This document shows, in pieces, positions 1 through 8,598 of a DNA stretch of 13,359 nucleotides. Both the position numbers and the translations under genes were made by a program. The stretch is from Desulfurococcaceae archaeon. GTDB lineage: Archaea > Thermoproteota > Thermoprotei_A > Sulfolobales > Desulfurococcaceae. How positions within the stretch are numbered: the stretch's first letter is position 1; every line of letters begins with the position of its first letter. The notes under the pieces are model-generated. The model did no database searches. It saw only the letters and a list, made by a program, of their open reading frames with translations, and had not been told where the DNA came from. The stretch is taken from NCBI GenBank assembly GCA_038888155.1, contig JAWAJB010000026.1:1-13359 (forward strand). Reading direction: 5' to 3'.

Positions 1-595
1 CGTCAGTGATCTCCAGCTCGCCGCGCCAGCTCGGCTCGATCTCGTCGATCGCTTTGAAGATGATGGGCTTGAAGAAGTAGACCCCCACGAGGGCCAGGTT
101 GCTCGGAGGAACCTTCGGCTTCTCCACCAGCCGCACCAGCCTCCCCCTCTCGTCCAGCTGCGCCACGCCGAAGCGCGTGGGATCCTCCACCTCCTTGAGG
201 AGCACCATCGCGTCGTAACCCTCCCCCAGGAACTCCTCCAAGTACCGCTTAATGCCGTGCTGGAGGAGGTTATCCCCCAGGTAGACGACGAAGCTGTCGC
301 CGCCGACGAACTCCCGGCAGAGGGAAACAGCGTGCGCAATGCCCAAAGGCCTCCCCTGGTGAACGTAAGTCACGCGAGCACCGAAGCGGGACCCATCACC
401 GTAGTGCTGCACCACAAGCTCCGGAAACACGTCGCCCAGCACGATAGCCACATCCCGAACACCAGCAGACACCAGATCCTCCAACACCCACTGAGAAACA
501 GGCTTCCCCGCCACCTCAATCAACTGCTTCGGCCCCGAAAACGTCAAAGGCCTCAAACGAGTACCAGCACCCCCATGAAGAATAACACCCTTCAT
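1..595 (-). CDS. rmlA: Glucose-1-phosphate thymidylyltransferase (RmlA/RfbA-type sugar-phosphate nucleotidyltransferase), 3' part outside the window
   Basis: Manual translation from ATG at 595: MKGVILHGGAGTRLRPLTFSGPKQLIEVAGKPVSQWVLEDL...FVVYLGDNLL...DPTRFGVAQLD...LVEKPKVPPSNLALVGVYFF...PSWRGELEITD. It has the GxGTRLxPxT..PKQL, LGDN, EKP and RGELEITD motifs. The frame is open to the window edge, so it is absent from the ORF track. Confidence 0.93.
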   Translation of the reverse strand, partial: MKGVILHGGAGTRLRPLTFSGPKQLIEVAGKPVSQWVLEDLVSAGVRDVAIVLGDVFPELVVQHYGDGSRFGARVTYVHQGRPLGIAHAVSLCREFVGGDSFVVYLGDNLLQHGIKRYLEEFLGEGYDAMVLLKEVEDPTRFGVAQLDERGRLVRLVEKPKVPPSNLALVGVYFFKPIIFKAIDEIEPSWRGELEITD

Positions 596-618
596 TGTCA
601 AAGTACAAGCCGCAACCG

Positions 619-626
619 GTATAAAA
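619..626 (-). promoter_or_regulatory. Putative archaeal TATA box for rmlA
   Basis: Minus strand reads TTTTATAC 24-31 nt upstream of the ATG at 595, the spacing expected for a leaderless archaeal transcript. Confidence 0.5.
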
Positions 627-1218
627 CCATAAACTTACCCTTTTGCCGCTGCAAGGCAATAATAAACCAGGCTACTCATTTTTGGCGAAAATAGCGTAAA
701 TAAAATATAATAAGGAAGTAATTAAACTTTTCAACTTCTATTAAAAGCAATTTCTACTAAAACTTTAACTAAAGCATTATTTCAAAAGTTACATCGTATC
801 ATTTACTTATAATCAATCATATTACAAATAAGCGGCTAATGGTCCGAATATGTAACTGAAACTTTCCTGTGGCATGTAAACTTGTACAACGGGAGTGCCC
901 ATCTAATGATGTTATAAAAATCCTTCTCTTAATGTAACTACCAGTTTCGCTAAATGTTAAGGAATTATCATCGGTGCGTGACGCTAAACCGCTCGGAAAT
1001 CAGCAGAGAAGAGGAGGACCAGCGAGTGACCATGAACTTAAATCGTGCACACTGATAACAAAGTATAGGAAGTATATGGAAAAGGGGATTTCTTTGCCGA
1101 AACCTCTCAGATAGCTTTATAAGGATAAAAATAAAATAGAAATAATATAATAATATTCGTAATTATAGAATTTCATTATTAACCAAACCCAAAAATAAAA
1201 ATTTTTAACTAATTAGTC

Positions 1219-3525
1219 TCAAGGAACTGTTGGTGAGCTGGGCGTGGATCCGCTCATTCGAATCCAGCTCGACCAGGTGTTAGCCGTAGAGTCGTAGTAG
1301 CAGTAGTAAAGGCTGGTACTACCGTTACCTTTAACAACCACTACTAGAGTCGCACCAACCACCTTGATAGCTGGTGTCGTATCAGTTGAACCTGTAGGTA
1401 TTCTACTCCAGCTCCCCCATGAACCGCTCCACGTTCTAATGTAAATCCTGTTATCTCCGCCCCTGACTGCCAACCAGAGCTTGGTTCCGTCACTAACTAA
1501 CGTTGGAGCGCTCGGCGTCGACCCAGTGATCTTAGCCCAGCCTAACCACTGCCCGCTTGATAAATCGTACTGTCCATGGTAGATGCTCATTCCATCCCCC
1601 CCTCTAACGACAATATGCAATCTTCCCCCATGCACAGCTGCTGCAGGGGCGTCAATCGTAGAGCCGGGAAGAACGGTCCAGCTGGACCATGTCCTGGTAC
1701 TAATCGTGTAAACCCTCAAGTAAATCCTATTGTCACGCCCCCTAACCACTAGGTAGAGCTTGCTTCCATCGGTTGCTAAAGCCGGCCTTGAGGGTGTTGA
1801 CCCACCTATCCTCTCCCACCCGCTGAAGCTTCCAGTCTGCAAGTCCAGCACGCCAAAGAGGATACCGTCATCCGGCCCCCTGATAACTAGGTAGAGCTGG
1901 TTCGAAAGAAGTACAACTCCGGGAGTGTCGGCTGCCGAAGCCGCAATAGCACTCCAACTCTCGCAGGCAGCATCAGTGCACACCCTATGGTAAATCCTAT
2001 TATCGCCACCCCTCACAACAACCCTAAAACTATAACGTGGTACTTGAACTGTAATCGGGATATCCCTGTAGGTGCACTTCGCTAACTCGTCAAAGCTCGT
2101 CGCAGCTGTATCGGAATAACAGAAGCCTACCCTGACGTAATGAACTCCCGCCGGTATGTTCGCTGGCAGCCTCACAGTGAAACTCCTGTTTTGTTCTACA
2201 CCGTAGTTCCCATCCCTACCATCGTAAATCACAGCGAGTTGTTCGGTCTTTGCCCAGCTACCGAAAGCGTTGGCTTTGACCATGCAACCGTCGATACACT
2301 TATAATAAAAGATCCACTTTACAGTTACAGTTGTAGTACCTCCGGGAGGCAACGTACTGGGGCTTGCGGTTAGATGGGTTATCTCTGGATTCAGAGGGGT
2401 CGTTACTGTCAAAGCAGCATCGTATGCTTTCCAGTCGAAGAGCATGTCCATCAAGTTCTCGTTTTTCATTCCCCATAGTGCAATTTGCAACTGATGTTGA
2501 CCTAGAAAAGCATCTTTCGGCATGACAAAATCCCTCTGAACCCAGTTTTCGCCGGGCGCTAGCGTTACCTTTACGTCATATTCTGGTGAATCATATCTTA
2601 TTTCCCTGGATTCAAATTTGACCAAAGTCGATGCTCCTAACCACACATCTATGTTGTGCCGGAAGGGATTAAGGACCCTGTAACGTATTGTAAACTTTTG
2701 CCCGGGCTTAACAGTGGTCGTAGAAAGTTGATACCCTAGTATTCGAGGTCTAGATACTTGCAAATTGTACTCGTTCAAGCCGTGACTTGTAACACGCACA
2801 ACGCTGATACGATTAGTACGACTTGATGGATTAACATACACATAGTCAGGATAAGACCTACTATTCGACCTCGCAATTAGTTTACCACTGAAGTCGTATA
2901 CCTCTATGTCAAAATCTGTACCCTCTGAACCTGTAATAGATGCGATAAAGGAGAAGGGTGAATTCCAGAGAGGATGTCTATCCGTAGTGTAAGAATAATA
3001 GTGTCGGTTTTCACTACCAACAAAAGTTGCCTCTATTCCCCCTTCTGTTCCACCACTTGCTATAATGATAGGGTTCTCCGAATCTTTGCCCTCATTCGTC
3101 GAGGAACAGAGAACATAAAATAGACAAGTCTGTTTATCCCATCTGAGAACCGCTCGGGTGTCAGAATCTGCTTTAATGTCTACATACTTTACTCCTGGAT
3201 CAGAAAAAGTATACTCGAACTTAAGGGGGGCACTCCCGCTATCACTGCACTCCCTTGTCGTTTCATCGCGTACACATACCATAGCTTTTCCGACATAGTT
3301 AATTAATTCTATAACAAGTTTTTCATTACTGTAAACTACTGTTTGATAAGTTATCCATTTTTCAGGAGACAACAAAAGAGTAGTTCCACCAACACCAAGC
3401 TGCTGCATTTTTGCATCGGGGGAATATCCATAGGGAGGGTATAACCAAGCCAGAATTAATTCAGAAGCAAGTGGAAGCGAAGCAATCAATATCAGAGGGG
3501 CTAACCAAAGGCTCTTAGCTTTCAT
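1219..3525 (-). CDS. Secreted multidomain protein, paralog A: signal peptide, PPC-like domain, Ig-like domains, C-terminal six-repeat beta-propeller (PLL/DUF346-like putative lectin)
   Basis: ORF track gives 1219..3591. The likely start is ATG 3525 (MKAKSLWLAPLILIA...), which matches paralog B (MMRAKSLRLAPLVLIA) and has AATATAAATAA about 20-30 nt upstream. GTDFDIEVYDFSGKLIARS is PPC-like. Six repeats of L-x-VRGxDxxIY...W-x-x-W-x-x-I/L-x-GST-x-x-x-P lie at 1222-2034. No C-terminal membrane anchor is visible. Confidence 0.85.
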   Translation of the reverse strand: MKAKSLWLAPLILIASLPLASELILAWLYPPYGYSPDAKMQQLGVGGTTLLLSPEKWITYQTVVYSNEKLVIELINYVGKAMVCVRDETTRECSDSGSAPLKFEYTFSDPGVKYVDIKADSDTRAVLRWDKQTCLFYVLCSSTNEGKDSENPIIIASGGTEGGIEATFVGSENRHYYSYTTDRHPLWNSPFSFIASITGSEGTDFDIEVYDFSGKLIARSNSRSYPDYVYVNPSSRTNRISVVRVTSHGLNEYNLQVSRPRILGYQLSTTTVKPGQKFTIRYRVLNPFRHNIDVWLGASTLVKFESREIRYDSPEYDVKVTLAPGENWVQRDFVMPKDAFLGQHQLQIALWGMKNENLMDMLFDWKAYDAALTVTTPLNPEITHLTASPSTLPPGGTTTVTVKWIFYYKCIDGCMVKANAFGSWAKTEQLAVIYDGRDGNYGVEQNRSFTVRLPANIPAGVHYVRVGFCYSDTAATSFDELAKCTYRDIPITVQVPRYSFRVVVRGGDNRIYHRVCTDAACESWSAIAASAADTPGVVLLSNQLYLVIRGPDDGILFGVLDLQTGSFSGWERIGGSTPSRPALATDGSKLYLVVRGRDNRIYLRVYTISTRTWSSWTVLPGSTIDAPAAAVHGGRLHIVVRGGDGMSIYHGQYDLSSGQWLGWAKITGSTPSAPTLVSDGTKLWLAVRGGDNRIYIRTWSGSWGSWSRIPTGSTDTTPAIKVVGATLVVVVKGNGSTSLYYCYYDSTANTWSSWIRMSGSTPSSPTVP
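1536..1845. repeat. 310-bp direct repeat, identical to 6248-6557
   Basis: Base-by-base comparison at offset 4712 found no mismatch. It covers propeller repeats 2-4. Confidence 0.92.
1974..2091. repeat. 118-bp direct repeat, identical to 6686-6803
   Basis: Same offset 4712. It encodes DELAKCTYRDIPITVQVPRYSFRVVVRGGDNRIYHRVCT, the junction between the Ig-like domain and the propeller. Confidence 0.92.
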
Positions 3526-3824
3526 CGCTACACAATCAAAGGTCTTATTTATATTCTTTACTATTTTTGCATTACCGATAGAAGCCTTCATGTTGTTAGT
3601 CGCTCCGGCGACGCAGTAATCGCACGTTAGTCCTATAACAATTTATTTATTTCACAAATTTCAGGTTTACATTAATAACCTTTTTCACTCCCCTATTCTG
3701 AGAGAAGGCTTACATCGAGTTAACATGCGCAAACTATCATTTTCCAGATCCACGATAGGCCGATATAGTGTTTCTGAAATATAGTTCATAATTACGTAGA
3801 AAAAATGACTTTTCATTGTAGCAT

Positions 3825-4107
3825 TTATAGATTAGAATCTCGTTTCTCAGCAATCTTACTAGTGTTGGAAGCTAGGATGTACGTCGAGAATCCTAAGCGC
3901 TTGATCCTGTACCCCTTCCCTAGTAGCAAGCCAATGGTGTTCTTCACGTTTCGAGTAAGCTCGACAACGATGAAATCGGTCTTCCTCAGCGCGTTATCCG
4001 CCCCCTTAAGTACCTCGTACTCGGCTCCCTCCACATCAACCTTCATCAACCTAACCTCGGGATAGCTGCAAAGCACACTGTCCAAATCAACACACTCGAT
4101 ATCAACA
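3825..4107 (-). pseudogene. Duplicated 3' fragment of the FkbM methyltransferase gene
   Basis: 3864-4107 matches 9945-10188 at 243/244 nt (mismatch 4079 vs 10160). It encodes ...LMKVDVEGAEYEVLKGA... but lacks the N-terminal SAM-binding DVGANVG motif. Confidence 0.92.
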
Positions 4108-4196
4108 ATAATGGGAAAAATGGTGGGATTGTAGGGTGTTATGTGCGAGTTCGGTCTGAGGTCGTACCGTTGCGGGACCAGCTATCCCAACGGTTG

Positions 4197-5819
4197 CTAA
4201 CAAGTGTAGCAGACCTCTAACAGCACTGGCGTGGGCGTCGATGGGGTGGAGCCCGGTAACTTGACCCATGGGGTGAACTCGCGCGTAGAGAGGTTCATGC
4301 TTGCGTAATAGATGCTTCTACCGTCCATCCCAACGACTAGGAAGTGGATGACGCCTTTATAGACGAAGATTGCGGGAGTAGTAGAGGTCGACCCTGTGGG
4401 GAGTCTCGTCCATCCAACCCACTTGCTGCCATCGTAAATGTTAAAGTAGATCCTGTTATCTCCCCCCCGGACAGCTAAGTAGAGCTTTTCACCATCCGTG
4501 GTCAAGTACGGCGCACTAGGCGTAGAGCCCGGTATCCTAAACCATCCACTGAACTCTCCCGTAAATGGATCAACCCACGAGTGCCACAAGCTGTACCCAT
4601 CGCTACCCCTCACAACGATGTGCAACCTTCCACCAAGATAGACGGCGGCTGGTGCATCTATCGTAGACCCGCTAGGTAAACTCCTCCAACCTCGCCATCT
4701 CGCGATCTCGTCTGAAATCTCAAATGAAGTATCTAAGTAGCTGTAGTAAATCCTATTGTTCGAACCTCTAACAACTATGAAAACGAAGTCATAGCTTGAG
4801 GTGAGAACTGGTCTCGAAGGGGTGGAGCCAGGCAGCCTACTCCAACCACTGAAAACAGCTCCCCCGCCTGTTGTCTCCATCAAGTACCCAATCCATATGC
4901 TATTATCGCGTCCGCGAACCGCTAGGTAAACTCTTCCACCCATCCGCACGTTAAGCACAGCCGCAGGAGCATCAACCGTCGAACCAGGCAAAGTTAGGTA
5001 GTAGTGGCCGCAATAGCTGGCATTACAAAGGTTATAGTAAATCTTATCGTTCCCACCCCTTACAAAAATGGTATACATGATATGTTGAGAGAGGTTTATT
5101 ATGACTTCACTACTACGCGTTGAAATCAAGTTTTTACTAAAACCTCGAACAAGAGTATGGTTGAGGACGTGATATGTAACAATGAAGTTATATTTACCGC
5201 TTAATATGTTTAGCATGTGATAATTGGTATACTTATGATAATCATATATTGATCCTTCAGTACCAAAAAAGTAAATGTAGAAACTATTTGAAGGAACACC
5301 GAATACCATCCTATGGCTTGTTAACCACGTCCACCAGGGGTGCTCATCTGGCGGTATGTATAGTACTCTTTTCACGTAATCGGTACCCTTTGTTAAGAAC
5401 CACTTGTTAACATTTACGACGTAGCTAAACCCGCCCCAATGAGTATCAACAAAACCTTGAAGGCACCACAGATAGCCAAGCACTCGGCCATATGCGTCGT
5501 ACGGCTCTAGATCATCGATATCTAAGTAGCAAGGACGGGGCAAACTTATAAGGAGATTCAGAAAGGCTTGCCTAGCTTCAGGACCTTTGGGTTCACTCAG
5601 CTCATAAGCATCGTAGCCCACCAACCGTACTCTTCTACCGTCTTCCAGCTCCACAGTATCGCCATCTATAACTTTAGTAACACGGCAAAACTCCGCATCA
5701 TCGTCAACCCACTCTACGATATAGACCGTCCACTCTCCCAGAAGTTGAGCTAAAGCAGGCTGTGCTAACAACAGTAAAATTATAAGGGTGAGGGGAACTG
5801 TTTTAGTGAACCCCCCCAT
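4197..5819 (-). CDS. Secreted thermonuclease (SNase-like) fused to a C-terminal six-repeat beta-propeller
   Basis: Signal peptide (KTVPLTLIILLLLAQPALA|Q). SNase motifs VTKVIDGDTVEL, VRLVGYDAYE, DAYGRVLGYLW and VNKWFLTKG lie at about 5385-5685. Six VRGxDxxIY...W..W..LPGST repeats lie at about 4200-5078. Confidence 0.9.
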   Translation of the reverse strand: MGGFTKTVPLTLIILLLLAQPALAQLLGEWTVYIVEWVDDDAEFCRVTKVIDGDTVELEDGRRVRLVGYDAYELSEPKGPEARQAFLNLLISLPRPCYLDIDDLEPYDAYGRVLGYLWCLQGFVDTHWGGFSYVVNVNKWFLTKGTDYVKRVLYIPPDEHPWWTWLTSHRMVFGVPSNSFYIYFFGTEGSIYDYHKYTNYHMLNILSGKYNFIVTYHVLNHTLVRGFSKNLISTRSSEVIINLSQHIMYTIFVRGGNDKIYYNLCNASYCGHYYLTLPGSTVDAPAAVLNVRMGGRVYLAVRGRDNSIWIGYLMETTGGGAVFSGWSRLPGSTPSRPVLTSSYDFVFIVVRGSNNRIYYSYLDTSFEISDEIARWRGWRSLPSGSTIDAPAAVYLGGRLHIVVRGSDGYSLWHSWVDPFTGEFSGWFRIPGSTPSAPYLTTDGEKLYLAVRGGDNRIYFNIYDGSKWVGWTRLPTGSTSTTPAIFVYKGVIHFLVVGMDGRSIYYASMNLSTREFTPWVKLPGSTPSTPTPVLLEVCYTC

Positions 5820-5930
5820 CAGTTCTCATTAGAAAAGTGAAATACCATATTTAAGCATTACGGGTTAATGAGTTGTAAAGACTGAAAGAAAAAGACAGGG
5901 ATTCTAGATTAATTATTTTAATATATATTC

Positions 5931-8246
5931 TTAGGGTGTTGTTGGTGAGCTGGGTGTGGATCCGCTCATTCTAGTCCAACTGGACCAGGAGTTGGTTGTT
6001 AGATCTTTGAAGCAATAATAGATGCTAGTACCACCGTTAGCTTTTACAACGACTACCAAGTACGAGCCTATCACTTTAATAGCGGGGCTAGCATCTGTTG
6101 AACCTGTGGGTATTCTCTCCCAGCTCCCCCATGAACCACTCCACGTTCTAATGTAAATCCTGTTATCTCCACCTCTAACAGTTAGCCATAATCGGGTACC
6201 ATCACTAGTCAGTGTCGGCGCACTTAGTGTTGAACCGCTGATTCTAACCCAGCCTAACCACTGCCCGCTTGATAAATCGTACTGTCCATGGTAGATGCTC
6301 ATTCCATCCCCCCCTCTAACGACAATATGCAATCTTCCCCCATGCACAGCTGCTGCAGGGGCGTCAATCGTAGAGCCGGGAAGAACGGTCCAGCTGGACC
6401 ATGTCCTGGTACTAATCGTGTAAACCCTCAAGTAAATCCTATTGTCACGCCCCCTAACCACTAGGTAGAGCTTGCTTCCATCGGTTGCTAAAGCCGGCCT
6501 TGAGGGTGTTGACCCACCTATCCTCTCCCACCCGCTGAAGCTTCCAGTCTGCAAGTCGAAAGAACCGAAAAGGATACAATCGTCCGGTGCTCTAATAACT
6601 AGGTAGAGCTGGTTTGAAAGAAGTACAGCGCCGGGAGTATCAATAGCCAGTGCAGAGATAATGCTCCAACTCTCGCAGGCGGCACCAGTGCACACCCTAT
6701 GGTAAATCCTATTATCGCCACCCCTCACAACAACCCTAAAACTATAACGTGGTACTTGAACTGTAATCGGGATATCCCTGTAGGTGCACTTCGCTAACTC
6801 GTCGTAACTTTTTGCGAAGTTATCGAAGCAGAAGCCCACCCTAATGTAATGAGTTCCTATCGGTATATCTGACGGTAGTTGCACTGTGAAACTCCTGCTC
6901 TGCTCATTACCATAATTCCCATCAAGTCCGTCGTAAATCACAGCAAGCTGCGTTGTCTTCGCCCAGCTGCCGAACGCGTTGGCCTTTACCACACAACCTT
7001 CTGGACAGCTTCTATAGAAGATCCACTTCACAGTGACAGTCGTAGAGGCCCCGGGAAGTAGCTTATCGGGATTCGCTGCTGTATAAGTTATTTCTGGGTT
7101 GCTAGGCACTTGCACGGTGAGAGCGTTGTTGTACTCTTGCGCATCATAGCATACGTCAACACTAGAAAAGTCAGGTGATGCATACCCCCACAAACTTAGT
7201 ATCAATGTGTAAGATGATGGTATTGCGTCCATGGGTATCGCTACTTTCTTCGTATAAACATTCACGCCCGGTCGAAGCGCATACCAAGTATCGGGTGAGG
7301 GTAAACGAAAAACATACTCCCTGCCTGAAATAACAGTTTTTATATGAGCCTCCAAAAACACAAAGACAATATGGTAGAAAGGATTATATATTTTATAACT
7401 AATTGTGAATTCTTGACCCGGTTTCAACAAAGTTTCAGACAAACTATATGCCTCTATGGTAGGCCTTTCAATCCGAAGATTATACTCGTTTAAATCTCCT
7501 TTTTTAGTAAGAAAGACCTCTAAGAGGTAAGTATCAGTTGTGGCTTTAACGTAACCGTAGTCTGGGTATTCAGTGCCTACAATTTCTTTGACAAGATTTC
7601 CACTGCTGTTGTATACTCTAACATTAATATCTGATCCTCTACTACCATTCAAAGAAACAATAAACGAATAGTATCCTCCCCAGATGGGATTCCGATCAGG
7701 TCGGTACAGGTAATAATGAGCAGATAGCCTAATGAATCCTGCTTCAATACCTCCCCTAAACCTATATCTAGTTACAGGCATAGGTTTATCTCGCCTCTCG
7801 CCCTCCGCCTTATAGAAGCAACCGGTCGGGTCGCAAGTCTGTTTATACCACGTAAGTAAAGCCGAAGTTTCGGTATCCGATCTTACTGCAATAGACGATG
7901 TGGAGGAGGGACAATCCGAGGGGATTGTATACTCGTGTTTAAGTGGTGCTCCCTGAGGGCCTTTGCATATGTGGCTTCTAATGCCAGGATCGTAAATACA
8001 TACCTCCGCTTTTCCAATATAGTTCTTCAGCTCTACAATAACTTTTTCACCCGGAGTAACTTCGATCACATAAGCGATCCATTTATTAGCTGGTAGATGG
8101 AGAGTTGTTCCTTCAACACCTAATTGATGCCATTCTTTCGATAGAGGATAAGGAGGATATATCCAAGCCAGTGCTAGCAAGGAAATAAGCAAAAGCGCAG
8201 CAATCAACACAAGAGGTGCTAATCGAAGGCTCTTAGCCCTCATCAT
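5931..8246 (-). CDS. Secreted multidomain protein, paralog B (same architecture as paralog A)
   Basis: ORF track gives 5931..8267. The likely start is ATG 8246 or 8243 (MMRAKSLRLAPLVLIAALLLISLLALA), given the TATA at 8269-8276 and the match to paralog A. Collinear with paralog A throughout; PPC-like GSDINVRVYNSSGNLVKE; propeller at 5934-6746. Confidence 0.87.
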   Translation of the reverse strand: MMRAKSLRLAPLVLIAALLLISLLALAWIYPPYPLSKEWHQLGVEGTTLHLPANKWIAYVIEVTPGEKVIVELKNYIGKAEVCIYDPGIRSHICKGPQGAPLKHEYTIPSDCPSSTSSIAVRSDTETSALLTWYKQTCDPTGCFYKAEGERRDKPMPVTRYRFRGGIEAGFIRLSAHYYLYRPDRNPIWGGYYSFIVSLNGSRGSDINVRVYNSSGNLVKEIVGTEYPDYGYVKATTDTYLLEVFLTKKGDLNEYNLRIERPTIEAYSLSETLLKPGQEFTISYKIYNPFYHIVFVFLEAHIKTVISGREYVFRLPSPDTWYALRPGVNVYTKKVAIPMDAIPSSYTLILSLWGYASPDFSSVDVCYDAQEYNNALTVQVPSNPEITYTAANPDKLLPGASTTVTVKWIFYRSCPEGCVVKANAFGSWAKTTQLAVIYDGLDGNYGNEQSRSFTVQLPSDIPIGTHYIRVGFCFDNFAKSYDELAKCTYRDIPITVQVPRYSFRVVVRGGDNRIYHRVCTGAACESWSIISALAIDTPGAVLLSNQLYLVIRAPDDCILFGSFDLQTGSFSGWERIGGSTPSRPALATDGSKLYLVVRGRDNRIYLRVYTISTRTWSSWTVLPGSTIDAPAAAVHGGRLHIVVRGGDGMSIYHGQYDLSSGQWLGWVRISGSTLSAPTLTSDGTRLWLTVRGGDNRIYIRTWSGSWGSWERIPTGSTDASPAIKVIGSYLVVVVKANGGTSIYYCFKDLTTNSWSSWTRMSGSTPSSPTTP
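6248..6803. repeat. Second copy of the two identical blocks (6248-6557 and 6686-6803)
   Basis: Identical to 1536-1845 and 1974-2091; the intervening 128 bp carry many substitutions. Confidence 0.92.
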
Positions 8247-8268
8247 TAAAAAGCAAACATTCTTCATC

Positions 8269-8297
8269 TATATAAACTTTACTACTTATAAACTTTT
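8269..8297 (-). promoter_or_regulatory. Putative TATA box of paralog B, with a tandem upstream copy
   Basis: Minus strand AAAGTTTATA occurs twice (8271-8280 and 8287-8296). The proximal TTTATATA lies 23-30 nt upstream of ATG 8246. Confidence 0.55.
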
Positions 8298-8598
8298 GCA
8301 ATAATCAATATATAAATTTAAAATTTAATTTTATTATTTTAGCAGTATAGTATTCGATTAAGTTAGTAATAATAGGTCTCCTCAATTAAGACTTTTAAAT
8401 TAATAATTTAATTTATAATGATTTAAGAGATATCAATTAAACTTACTTCAAACTTGCTTAGAGTTCAGAACAAGTTATTAATGTTTATTTTAAAGCACTT
8501 ATCCAAAAGTCTTAGCTAAACATTATTTTTAGATTTCTTCATTTTATTGTGAAATTATTTATATAAAATTATCTAAAATAAAAATTTTCAGATTTTGT

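Noticed and set aside
257-694. 145-aa plus-strand ORF
   Set aside because: Antisense shadow of the minus-strand rmlA; no recognisable motifs.
660-1218. AT-rich spacer as a possible CRISPR leader, ncRNA or gene relic
   Set aside because: No repeat-spacer periodicity, no convincing stem structure and no recognisable reading frame.
3526-3591. N-terminal extension of paralog A given in the ORF track
   Set aside because: No counterpart in paralog B, it contains the likely TATA box, and it would displace the signal peptide.
1219-6803. Diversity-generating retroelement TR/VR pair in the repeated lectin-like C-termini
   Set aside because: Both copies are in intact genes, the mismatches are not adenine-restricted, and there is no reverse transcriptase in the window.
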